Assembly: GCF_026210795.1 (NCBI RefSeq)
Contig: NC_089432.1
Coordinates: forward strand, 1,984,001-2,048,000
DNA: 64,000 bases
DNA from: Rhizophagus irregularis
Lineage: Eukaryota
Reading direction: 5' to 3'
Made by a program: the position numbers and the translations under genes. Position 1 is the first letter of the stretch. The number at the start of each line of letters is the position of its first letter. The notes beneath the pieces were generated by a model. That model worked only from the letters and a program-made list of their open reading frames with translations. It was not told the origin of the DNA and made no database searches. Below, in pieces: positions 26,783 through 39,471 of this stretch.

Positions 26783-26939
26783 TTTTTTATTAATTAGTTT
26801 AATATCTTCTTTTTTTTCAGTTTTCCATAGTGTCTTACTGTTTGTACCTTGTTGTGGTAATTATTTGTTTTGTAATAATCAGAGAAATGAATTACTGGAA
26901 TTTTTTGCATAAATATTTTATTTTCATTCAATAGAGATA

Positions 26940-27715
26940 AAGTACTCCAGTTTTTCCAACGTGTTCTGGACCTGAAATCTAAAAGAAAGTATATGGAAAT
27001 GTTAGCAAATGTTTCTAATTAATATAATAAAATTTTTTTTTTTGTTTCTTAACGGCATATTACAGAATTTACGATTCTAGCATTTTCAGTGAAACGTTTA
27101 ATAGTGAACATTTCTAATTAATAAGTTTCACACAGATATTGCGAAACTTACCATCTCCCCAATTCACTCAAAAGTCTAAAACCTACAAAAAATACAAAAA
27201 GGAAAAAAACGTTAGTTTATGTTTCTTTAAATAAAAGTTAGAAAATAAAGTTTCAAAGTTACGAAACTTACCAGCACTTATGATTCTGTGTGAAATTGGA
27301 AGAAAGTTTCGAGATTTTATTCACCTTTAACTTTTTTCCTCGCATTCTGTAAAGTAAAGTCAATAACATATACGATATAACAACGAATTTATAAAGTAGC
27401 AATTTCACAAGACAACAGTTTCCCATTACGGCAACATTGACATTTTCAATTCGAAACTTCATGTATAAAAAAGTTTCTAAAAAATAAGTTTCGAAAGTTT
27501 CGAAACTTTATATAGTGCTAAAAAAAATTATAAAAGTTTCAAAAAATTGAAACTTTATATTATATAAAAAAAAAATTAAAAAAAATAAGTTTTAAAAGTC
27601 AAAACTTTACCATACTACTGAAATTTTGAAAAATCGAAGCTTTATGTATAAAAAAAATTTAAATAAATAAGTTTCGAAGGTTCAATTAAAAAAATTACAA
27701 AAAGTTTCTCGAAAC
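26940..27715 (-). pseudogene. Decayed multi-exon gene or TE remnant with GTTTCGAAAC-type repeats
   Basis: Minus-strand donors G|GTAAGTTTCG at ~27271 and ~27151, short exons, and a Cys-containing segment (CQCCRNGK). Many AAGTTTC/GAAACTT motifs. Confidence 0.35.
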
Positions 27716-28638
27716 AAAAAAAAAATTAGTATATCATGAATATCGCGTAATACACGTGATTGGTACGCGAGATTGGAGTGGGCAATCGATTAGTCAACTT
27801 TTTAAATATAAATTAAATCGCATAAAAACTATGTATGATACATAGGGAAGGAAACAATGTAAAATTTTAATTTTCTATGATGATAATAGATTTTAAACGC
27901 CTAAAACTTGTTTGTTCGATTTATTATGAATTCACCTCGTAAAATCTCCAAAAAAAAAAAACACTAATCAAATTAATCTCAAAATTCTTTCTCAAGTAAA
28001 TTTATCAAAAATGAATCCAATAATTATTACCTCTAAACCAATTGTTCCGAAGTAACAAAAATTATTTCGTTAGTAAATTTTTAACGGGAGATTTTTCTTT
28101 TTGATAGAAAAGAATTTTTTTTAATAGAAGGGAAGTTTTTTTGATATGGAAATTCTTTTGAGATATTTTAATGGGTAAGAATCTTTTTTGAATTTTTTTT
28201 TTTATATAGGGAAAATGTGTTTTTTGATGAAAGATTTTCGTTAGAAATTATTTCTTTAATAGGAAATATTTTTTTGAAAATTCTGTTGGTTGAAAAGTTT
28301 TTATAGGTGACATGGTGAATTTCGTTTAGAAGTCTTGATAGAAAAATTTTAGTGAAAATAATTTTTTAATGAGGGTAATGAAAATTTTTGCTTGAATTTT
28401 TTTTTTTTAATAAAGAATTTCGTTAAAGATCTTTTTTTTTTTATAAAAATTTAAAAAATTTGTGAATATTTTTTTTAAATTTTATTCTTAGTATATGGTT
28501 TTAATTTTTATCTTTTTGATCTATATTAGCAGCATACTATTTTAATTTTATCATCAGCTTTAGTATCATTAATTTCTTGATTCTATACCTATACTTAAGA
28601 AAACCTAAAATATATATAGCTTTTTGTTATTGTGATAT

Positions 28639-28780
28639 ACACAGGCAGCCTCGACAAACCGGACTCGTCCTTCCATTAGAAAAATCCGATATATTAAGAA
28701 ATTCGATTATTATTGTATTATAATAATTCGTTCCAGGATCCAGTTTATCGAAGATCCGGTTTATCAAGATTGATTGTGTA
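28639..28780. mobile_element. Degenerate small MITE
   Basis: Left ACACAGGCAGCCTCGACAAACCGGA versus reverse complement of the right end ACACAATCAATCTTGATAAACCGGA. Confidence 0.55.
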
Positions 28781-29559
28781 ATTTACTTTGTCTTGGAATA
28801 TATAAGATTATACAGTATAATATTATTCTTCTATATAGTACAAGACCGAATATACTCACATTATAACATTATTCTAGAGGTTGGATCCGTTGTTTGAATG
28901 GATATTAATAATTTTGAAGGTCGTATGGATAGTGACTCGCAATTAGCAGGAAGTCATTAAGCCAATGATCATCTATAATGAAGAAAAGCTTATAATTAAA
29001 CCATCGTTGAGTATCGAGATAAAAGAAATAATACAAAATATAAAGGTGTATCATAAACACGTCAATTTCAAAAAAAAAAAATATTTTTAATAGTATTTTA
29101 ATAGTATCATTATCAAGAACAGTCATATAGAAATTATTTGTTGAACAACTAATAATAGCGCGAACAGAATCAAATAATACCGAAATTAAGCAACCATTTT
29201 TAAACTTAATTCCAGCCAAAGATCTCAGAATTCATTCTTTCATAAATAAATCAAATCAGATGATTAATGACATTCAAAAATTTTTTGGCGAAATTTTTTA
29301 CTTATTTTATTATATTTTCTATAGTTCCTATTTAATGTTGTGAACAAAACCTGAGAGTTTTGTCAGAGAATAAATCTGAAACTTGGCAAAGTTAATTTCA
29401 TTTAACTATAGAAAAAATAAATTTAATACCATTCGATCTCGTTCGATCTTCGGTCACATTTATTATTACGTGACTTTAGTATTACAAACTCATTACATTA
29501 AAATTTATATGAAATGATAATAATAATAATTATTATGTTTACTTTTGTATACACATTTA

Positions 29560-30260
29560 ATGCTTCCTATAAGATTGATTCATTATACTTCTACCAAAAA
29601 TCTTCAATGTTTTGTTACCCACATGGTTGCTCGACGTATGGGTTGGAAACGATCAAATCTTTTCTATAGATATTAGTTTCTAATTTTAATAAAGATAGAC
29701 ACGTCCTTGGAATAGATCGGATTTTATGTAAAAAAATTTGAGAACAAGAAATAGCATCAACTTCAACAAAGAACATATAATTATTTAAATAAATCTGTTC
29801 CTTCTCCATGGAGATTCTTTGAAGAATGGTGCTAAAATTTTTAGATGTACTATATGTATTTATATATATATTGGAGCTGGAACATTTCTCTTAGAATTAT
29901 CAAATGAATATTCACTTTTGGGATTGATAAGAAAAATTATTTCTCGCATCAATTAAACCTAGTAATTTAAATTTTAACCATGCTGATATATTGCAAGGAA
30001 GAAAATCATTTTGATTTGACTTATTTAAATATCGAACCACGTTATACTTTAGATCAATGGACTTTTGTTATTGGTGAATTAATAAAAGTAAAGCAACCAG
30101 ATGGATACGTAGAAGTGCAGCAGATTACATTTGAAGTACCTCTACTGCAGATTTGCTGTTACGTAAATCCTACAAAATATTACTCTTATTAAAAATTATT
30201 GATTTTTTACTTTATTATAAAGTCTCTTGAAGGAACAGCTGGTTCAAAATTTTTGAATTC
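29560..30260 (+). pseudogene. Class I SAM-dependent methyltransferase pseudogene
   Basis: Fragments KNGAKILDV, GAGTFLLELSNEY, FGID, IKPSNLNF, EENHFDL, DQWTFVIGELIKVKQPDGYVE. Frameshifted. Confidence 0.7.
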
Positions 30261-31049
30261 GTAAAAAATGTAAGCTATAATTAATTACAAAATTTGTGAA
30301 ATTTAGATTCATGCACTATATATAAATAAATTAATCTTTTCTTCATTCATAAAAAGTCGCCATGTTAAAAGTTGGCATGTTAAGACTGTTAAGTGTAGGG
30401 CACCATCACTTTTATCTACGAATCTTTGTTATTTCAATTTGATCATAAATAATATTAGTATGGATGAATTGAAACAACTAGTTTAGAAATTTATAGAATG
30501 TGGTTCATAAAATCGTAAAACTGGTAATAACAAATTAAATTGGAAAAAATGTTTAATAATTGTTTAATTACTTTATTTATTATAAGAAGTATTAATAAAT
30601 TGGTAAAATTTTATGGTAAAATAATTTTCCGAAAAATTAAAATTTTCGTATTAAATAATGATGTCATTTATTTCTAGAAAATAATTAATTAAGTTATACG
30701 TTACATTTGACTTGGCATATGACATATATAGCAATTTTTTGTGAAACAGAAATAATGATAAATATTGGCAATGGTAAAAATTTACGCTTGATCGACATTT
30801 TAAGATACTTACAATCACCTAAAAAAGAATTACACAAAGATAAAGGTACGTTAACGTTTGTTTCGTTTGTTTCTTGGCAAAGACCTTATTTTTTTTATAA
30901 ATAAATCCGCTAGAAAAATGTTTCTCGATTTTTTCAAAACAAATTTAAATTACACTAAAATACATTAGAAAAATTAGAAAAATCAAATTTTAAACATCAT
31001 AACAATTTATCTTTTTTGAATTTTTATACAAATCATAATTTCATTAAAA

Positions 31050-32578
31050 ATGCAACAAGAAAAAATTCCAACGATTATTATTGTCGGTGCAGTTCTAGGA
31101 GGACTTTCTCTTTATCATGCCTTGATAAAGAACAAGGACAAAAAAGAATTCAACGTAAAAATCTTTGAACGTAAAACTAGTCCTACAAGTATAAAAATTT
31201 CTAATTTTCTAGTTAAATATTATGTTAAAAACTTTAAAAATTAACTCACTCATACTGTCACATGCTAGATCGATGGCAAGATCATATAGGCTTGTTTAAT
31301 TATGGAGTTCGATCTCTTTTAAACTGTGTTCTATCCTCGATCACTTCAAACCTTCCAAAAGCAATACCAAATCCAATTCCCGATGTAGAAACTTATGGAA
31401 TAACTATCACTGATCAAATAGGAAATGTTTTACTTACCCCTCCAACTAAACCATTTAAAGATGTTTATGAAATCGCAAAAATATCTCATGGTCTATCATC
31501 AATTATAATATACTTAGAGATGTTTTATTAGAAGGTGTACCAGTTCAATAGAATAGAAAATGTATTAAATATGTAGAGACTTAAGAAGGAGTTTGGGTAT
31601 TTTTTGAAGATGATTCACAAAAATTTTGTAATATTTTAGTTGGCGCAGATGGAATTAATTCTCCAAGTAAGTAGTTATAAATAATATCTATTATTTAAAT
31701 TATTCTTAAATAACAAACATTTTTTTTTTATATTAGTACGAAAACAAAAATTACCCGAATTACAAATCATTGATTATGGAATAACCCATGTTAGTGCGGA
31801 TGTTTCCGTACCTCAACATCTTATAGACAAGGCAAATAAAATCTATGGAAACTTTTTTGGTCCGTAAAACTCTTGGAACAAAAGGAGATTCAACGCTTAT
31901 GATGACACATTTAATACCAATCAAACAAGAACAAAATGATGAGAAAAGTGAACCTCATTATAGAGTAACATTAGTCTATTCTTATCCCTCCAAATTGGAT
32001 AACGTTGATGTTGAATCTGATAAAGTTAAAGTTGATGATAATGACCCTGCATCAGTCATCGAACATGTTAAACGGTTAATTCGAACATTAAGATCAGATT
32101 GTGAATTGACTGATTTATTAATAGAATTTTGGGACTTGGCACCTAAAACAATTCCAAATGATCCAATAAAGTTTCCATTCAAAACTTATAATCCAACGAA
32201 GAATGATGCGAGATATTGATCCAATGTCTATCAAATCATGGACAAGTAGTCGAGTTGTATACTTGTATTATTAGGTGATGCTGTTCATGTTATGAATCCT
32301 ATATTAGGATTAGGAGCAAATAATGCTATTCAAGATGCTGATAAACTTTCTCAAGCATTACTTAAATATACGGACAGTAATATTTCTTTTATTGAAGAAT
32401 ATGAAAAAGAAATGTTAAAGCGAACATCTGCTGACGTATTAAAATTAGAACTGCCACATTTAAGACTTCTATTCCACTTGGACCTTTTGGCATTATAATT
32501 AAAGACAGCATTTTGAAGGTTATAAATGCTATGATAAACTTTAATAGTTTTGTGGATAACATAATTTTTAAGGACTAA
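31050..32578 (+). pseudogene. FAD-dependent monooxygenase pseudogene
   Basis: IIIVGAVLGGL (degenerate GxGxxG), IFER, ILVGADGINSP, LLGDAVHVMNPILGLGANNAIQDA. In-frame stops near 31550-31585 plus frameshifts. Confidence 0.85.
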
Positions 32579-32803
32579 AAAACTATTAATAATTAATTTA
32601 TCATTTTTAAAATCTTAGAATCATATGCATATACGTATGCAAATACATATACATATAATAATCATTATCGTGCTCCGTATATTAACTGTTAATATAATTG
32701 CCGATAATTTTGTTATTTTAAAAAATTAAAAATAAACTATAATTAACGTTAAGCTATAATTAAGCTAAAGTCAATGGGTCACATGATAATATCGTTATTG
32801 TGC

Positions 32804-33119
32804 GACGACCATAGCGTCGCCTCCAAAAAATGGTAGCCGGATTATTTTGCCGGTTCTTTAGTGTTAGGGTTAGGATTAGGGTTGGGATTAGGGTAAGGGG
32901 ATTAGGATTAGGATTAGGGTAAGGGGATTAAGGGTTAGGAATTCGTCACATAATGTCACACCTAACGTTTCTTTAATTTTATAATTATTCTGAGGACTTA
33001 GAAAATTTTTTATACGTAAAGTACTAAATGTCACGTATTATTTATCACCTCTCAATAATATATGTAACCCGGCAAATTAGAACCGGCTACCATTTTTTGG
33101 AGGCGACGCTAGGGTGGTT
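32804..33119. mobile_element. Mutator-type MITE containing telomere-like repeats
   Basis: 29-bp perfect inverted repeat at 32812-32840 / 33083-33111. 10-bp TSD GTTATTGTGC at 32794-32803 and 33120-33129. TTAGGG/TTAGGA tract at 32864-32940. Confidence 0.85.
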
Positions 33120-34869
33120 GTTATTGTGCTTTGCGTTGATAAATATATAGAATATATGGAGTATAATATAGATAGAACTAATATTTATTTTTGTTAAAAT
33201 TATTAAGAATAAAGAGACATTTTTTAAAAAAAAAAATAAGTATAATGATTTGTATACGCTATGGCTTTTTTTTCCTTTATTTTTTATATTATAAACCGAG
33301 GTGACCGTTAATGAACTGAATATCAAAATAAATGCGGACTATTTTTCTTATTCTTAATATATAGGAATTAAATACTTTTTTATTAAGTAAAAAATATATT
33401 TATTTATTCAAATAAAAATATATGTATATTTATTTTGATTATATTACAGCACGAACTTTGATCCAAACAAAAAAATAATTGGAAAAAAAAAATATTATTA
33501 AAAAAAATTAGTAAAAGACACTTAATATAGCATTGCATCATCAATCCAACTAGTGATCCATTGAAAAAGAATGAAAAAAAATTAGCAAAATAATAATTAG
33601 AAAAAAAATTATTATTAAAAAAAGGTGCTTACTGTAATACTGCAGCGTCATTCTGATCTAGATTTAAGTCTAAATAAAAAAATTAATATATTATATAATA
33701 AAAGGAAAAAAAATCAGTTTACAAAAAAACCAAATCGAAAAAAAAATTTTGGTTTAGAAAAAATCAAACTGAAAAAAATCGGTTTTTTTTTAGTTTTTTT
33801 TTTAAAAAAAAAAAAATTTGAAAAAAATTAGTTTTAAAAAAAAAACTATATTAGTAAAAAAAATGTAAAAAAAAAAATTTCAGTTTTAAGAAAAAGAAAA
33901 GTCGAAAAAAAATAAAAAAAAATATTGGAAAAAAATTTCAGCTTTAAGTGAATTTAAATAAAATCTAAATTTATCTTTAAATAAAGATGGTGTTTTTATT
34001 CTTTTAATGATTATTTGTTTGAACTATAAAAAAATTTTTCTTGTAATGAGATGTTATTTCTGACCAAAATTCTATTTTGGTATTACATAACCATCCGGTT
34101 TAGTGAAAAAAATATTAATTTACATATAATAAATTCATATTATTGAATTTATTTCTTTTCTAACGAATTATTTTATTTTAAGTTATGAAAAATTTTAACA
34201 ATTAAAATAGTCAGATCATAAACTAATCAATTTATTTTTGAACTTTTGATGGTATCGTACATCTATCTATATTAAAAAGCCTATTTACCATAAAATTTTA
34301 AGAACGGAATTAATTATCAATTTTTAAATTAGACGATTAAAAATTTGTTACCGAACTATAAAATTTAATCCAATTTTCAAATTTGATTTGTCCTCTTTTG
34401 CAGATTATTTCATGTATTCCATTTAGCCATTTTTGTAAAAAATCAACATTAATAAATACGGTAGCAAGTTTTTTCACTCTTTCACAAATTTGTAAGTTAT
34501 AAAATATAAACATAAATGAAAAAAAAATGAATTTTAGTTAACTTGGTCCAACTACCTTAAGTATTAACCAAAACCATTTATTATGCGTAAAATGATATAA
34601 TCAAATGAAATTTCACTAAGAATTTGTAACAATTATCATTGAGCAAAGATACATTAAGCGGAATATTTGAACTTACTGTATTACAGTTTTATGTTTAAAA
34701 TCTTTATTTATATAGAATATTCTTAAATATAAAATCCAATAAATCTATATGTGCTATATATTATAAAATTTATAAAGTATAAATGAAAAAAAAAATAAAA
34801 GTAAACTAACTTCAATATACGAATTAATTTTTAAACTATTTAACTTTAACTTTCACATAAAAAGAAACT

Positions 34870-36728
34870 TCATTCAATATTATCTTCACCATCTTGACAA
34901 ATTTCATTTAGTTCTATAAAAAAAAAATAAATAAATTAGATATAGAATATTAATAAATTACAAATAATAATAACTTACCTAATTCACTTAATTGAACATC
35001 CAAGCATTCTGAAACTGCATATTGTATTTAAACGTTAATAAATTTAACTAAAATAATTATAATAATAAAGGGAATACTTACTTGGATTTACTGATGTTGA
35101 TTGAGCAGTATAATTAGTGTCTATTAAAAAATAAAAAAATAACATTAATAATGTAAAATGGGATTATATGATAAAACAAAATGAAATTTAATTACCTGAA
35201 CTGAATTGAAATGAAGAATTTACTGGTTTTGGAAGACTATTGAAATTTAAAAGTCTACTAGTATAAATTGCTTGTGGATGCGTTTTGAAGCTTTTGGATT
35301 TATCTTCATTTGACCTGTTTTTGAATTTTTCTTTTCTAATTTTATCACATTCTTCTATTTGAAAATAAATTTCACTATTTTGACCACTACTCCATCCATT
35401 TAGTGTTTGATACAACTCTTTAGTTGTTGGTCTATTTTTCATTTCAGCATCCCAACATTTTATTATCAAATCTGCAAGTAACTTTGGTATGTCATTAGAA
35501 ATTGTTGGTCTAAGTCCTTTACATATTTTAATGGCTAAAAATTCATTATGAGGAATATCATTAAAAGGAATTTCTTCAGAAAGAAATTCGTTCATTATTA
35601 TTCCAAATGAGTAAATATCTGCTGCTTTTGTATATTGTTGTCCACGTAAAACTTCTGGTGCCATATATGGTAATACTCCACAAATTCCTTCTTCTTTAAC
35701 TGTTTGCTTTATATTCGCTGGTTGACACATTCCTAAATCACTTATATATGGACCATATTTAAATAATATATTACCTGAATGAAAATCTTTGTGAACTTTT
35801 TCAGCATTATGTATATCTAAAAGTCCTCTTGCAATTTGTTGTAATTTATCAATTTTAAATTTATAATCTATATAATTTTCAGATTTATTTAAATAATTTC
35901 TCAAATTTCCATTATTACAATATTCTATAACCATCATATACTCTTTACTATTTGGATCTTGAGTAATTCCAAAACATTGAATAATATCTACAAGATGAAT
36001 CTGAAGATGAGATTTAATCTAATTATCATCAAAAAGGAAAAATTTTATTAATAAATAAATGCAAATAACACAATCTTTATATATAAGACAAAGTAAGTTT
36101 AAATTACCTCATTTAAAAAATCTGAACACATATCAGAAGAATTATTCAAACTTTTCAATGCATATTCACTATATTTAGTAATTCTATCCCATTTTTGATT
36201 TTCAATATCCCAACTATAAATATGTCCTTCAGGCCATTCAGCCGAATAAATCTTACCAAAACCACCTTCCGCAATATAAGTGATATTTTGAATTTTTTCA
36301 AAAGGTATCCATTCAAGATATTTTTTACAATATACAGCATTAAGTTGTGATTGCTGTATAAATTCATCAATATCTTTATTTCCACTAGTCCAATTTTTAA
36401 AGTTATCTTTAGATCTTTTAGCATTACAAGATTGGCACCATTTGATTCCTGTGCCAGGTTCTTTACATTCTCCACATATTCCATACACTTGTTTTCTTTT
36501 TTCTAAATCTCCTATATAAACTACTCTTTCATCTACATTTTCTGATTCAATAGTTGAATCAATAGTAGGAATTGTAACATGAAGCTTTTAATAGAAAAAA
36601 AATTATTAATATTTTTAACTACAAAAATTCAATTAAAATATTTATAATTATTAAAAATATTAAATTGCCATTACCTGATATTTACTTTTATCAGTATCCT
36701 CCCATAAATTTTTTGGGGTTTCATCCAT
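34870..36728 (-). CDS. TKL-type Ser/Thr/Tyr protein kinase, 6 exons, apparently intact
   Basis: Exons 36728-36675, 36584-36108, 36018-35196, 35120-35082, 35014-34979, ~34913-34870. Motifs WTSGNKDID, EGGFGKIY, ALK, HKDFHSGN, ISDLG, YMAPE, ADIYSFG, HPQAIYTSR. Confidence 0.9.
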
Positions 36729-37018
36729 ATTAATTGAGCTGTGGATTATAATTTTAATTTTAGTTAATATAAATAAATAACTACGTTACTCAAAAATAAA
36801 TTTCAGAATTATTATGGGAAAAAGAAAAAAATTTTAAATTGAACGAAGTGCGCACATTTGTATTACTTATTTGTATTACTATTTGTACTACTATTGTATA
36901 CAAAAATTGATATTTTTGTAACAAAGAAAATTCGTAAGCAGCAGCTGATCATCATAAAAAATAAATCTAACCCGAAATGGTTAAGATGAAAAATGCGAAG
37001 TAAAATTATTTTCGGTAA

Positions 37019-38972
37019 TCTATCTATCTAATTAAAAAAATTGTGTCATATTTAGATTACCCTGTATAAATAATTTGAATTGTGTAACATTGAAAAGTGT
37101 GCGTTCGATCTATCATATCATAATTATATCATAATTAACTGACTACGATAACAAATCTTTAAGCTAATACATTACAGTTAATTAAAATTTTAACTGTATT
37201 TTTTTTTATTCTGATGGATTAATTACTAACAAAAAAAAAGTATAATTTCTCTTATGCATTTATTTGTGGTCATTTCCGCTCTCTTAGTTACGTTACCACG
37301 AACTAATAATTTTTTTCAGTTTTTACCAAAAAACCGAAACTACCTTTTTAGTCTTTTTTTTATTAATTTTTTTATCCCTCTTTTTATCATTATTGTTTCT
37401 TTTGGTTAACTTAACCAAAATTTTTTTATTCTTATTGGATTTTTTTTCAGGGGATTTTTTTTTAATCAGGAATTTATCAAAATTTTGGATTTTTTTTAAA
37501 TAGTTTATTCTTTTTTTTGGTTTGGGTCAAGACTATAGAACTATGTCCTACGGCTTTTTGTGAGATTTTTTTTAGTCAATGATATTGTTTCTAACTAATA
37601 AATTCGTGTGAAATTTTTTTTTTTAGTGAGAATTTTTTCCGACTAATAAATTTGTGAAAATTTTTTTTGATATTAACGATAGATATTTTGTAATTAAATC
37701 AATAAATTTTTTGATAAATCTATATAACTAAAAAACTATATACTGTAACTTAAAAAATTTGTCTGACGTTTGGATTAGTCTCTGCATAATAATTTGAATT
37801 GTGTAACTTGAAATCCATGCCATATAATTAAAACCTGTGACATACCTCCACCTGATCTATTTATCCGTGTACATTCCAATCAACTAATACAGTTTCATTT
37901 TACCTTCAAACTGAAAAATATTTTTTTTTTTTTCGAATTATTGCAAAAATTTTTTTCGATACTTATTTTTTTCAGATTCCTTTTTTTTTCAGAAATTTCC
38001 CTTTTTTGAACCGATTTCTTTCTTTATCCTTTTTCTTTCCCCCATTAATTTTTTTTTCTTTCAATTTTTTTTAAAAAAAAATCAATAAAACATGTAGATT
38101 AAGATTTTCAATTAAATTGAACGCTGGATAAATAGTTTCCCTGTAAAAAATCTGATCCGTGTTTTATCTTTCCATGTTTTTTCCGTGAATGTATGTATCA
38201 TTTTCATGGAATTTATAGCCTTAAATCATGGAAATTTCATCTCGCTAACACGGATATCCGTGAATGTATCATTTTCACGGAATTTTTACGGAAGACACGG
38301 AGAAATAATGAAAATATTCGAATAAAAAATTTTTTATAGGGTTTGATTTTCAAATTCATAAAAATCAAAAAAAAATTGATATTTTTACAATATTTTATAA
38401 TTAATTAATTGAAGAAATTGTTGATTTAATAATAGACTAGTATAACCAAATCCATATCCAAAATTCTCTAAATAATCACCAGATTTTTGATTAAAAATTT
38501 TTAATTCAAATAGTTTAGTTAAATTAATAATTTTATCGAATAAAATGAGTATTCAAAAGAATAATAATAAATGAAATGAACAGATTTCTAATACATTTAA
38601 CGTTAATTGTTCAAATATTATTCCTAAGTTGATTATAAGTTTAAAAATAATAAGAAATAATTAATTAATTAATATAAATATTTATAGTATTTTCATAATA
38701 TTTAAGTTTTTTCAAGAATACTTCTAAAAAATTAATCAATTTTTATTGATAATTATTTTTTCACAATTCTTAATTAATCCGAATTTCACTCTACACTCAA
38801 CCATCAAATCATTAATACAATACATATTTTTTGTTAAGTAATTATTACAATATTAAATTCCTAATTATAAACAAAAAACTTCTTTAATTTACTTAGTATT
38901 ACATTATAAAACTAAATCTTTCTATTTAAAAAAACTCATTGGTCCCGGCGTGAAGCAACGGGTGACAGCTAG
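37019..38972 (+). mobile_element. Non-autonomous Helitron
   Basis: 5' A|TCTATCTATCT. 3' GC hairpin CCCG...CGGG (38944-38962) followed by CTAG|T. The 5' boundary is less certain than the 3' end. Confidence 0.6.
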
Positions 38973-39033
38973 TGTAGATCATATAATTTTTTTTTCTGTA
39001 TTTTCAAAAAAATAAATAGCAATAAACCTAATT

Positions 39034-39471
39034 GGCCACGCAAACTAATGTTTTCGGTTCACTTCACCCGGCCGGGTCACTTTTTCAAAATTTGACCAAA
39101 AAATTTTTATATGTAAAATTTTTTTTCACGTGATTTCAAGTGATTTTATTGGTTAAATCTTAATTATTATGAATAGCACTTTAAAATCTGCTTAGATGAC
39201 AAACATGAAATTGATATATCATTAGAAAAATCCTTCATTTTTGTCTCTTTTTCAACTGGTAGAACCTTCCCAATCTCTTAAAGTTACAGAGTTGTAACAT
39301 GTATGATAGGCATTTTTAGTAACAAACTGGAACGAAATTCATCCAATTATAAACTAGTAAGTCACGTGACATATAATAAAAATTTTTTATTAATAAAAAA
39401 TAAAACCCGGGTCCCCGGGTCAATTTTAAATTTTAATGTTACGTGAACCGAAAATATTAGTTTGCGTGGCC
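39034..39471. mobile_element. MITE with 29-bp TIRs
   Basis: GGCCACGCAAACTAATGTTTTCGGTTCAC / GTGAACCGAAAATATTAGTTTGCGTGGCC (one mismatch). No clear TSD. Confidence 0.8.

Noticed and set aside
26320..26790. Canonical U1 snRNA or telomerase RNA
   Set aside because: No ATACTTACCTG 5' end (only ATACTTGACC at 26378), spacing does not fit U1, and no CTAACCCTAA-type template is present.
32864..32940. True telomere
   Set aside because: Short, degenerate, internal and enclosed by TIRs.
33400..33950. Lys-rich ORF 33625-33831
   Set aside because: Poly-A low-complexity sequence.
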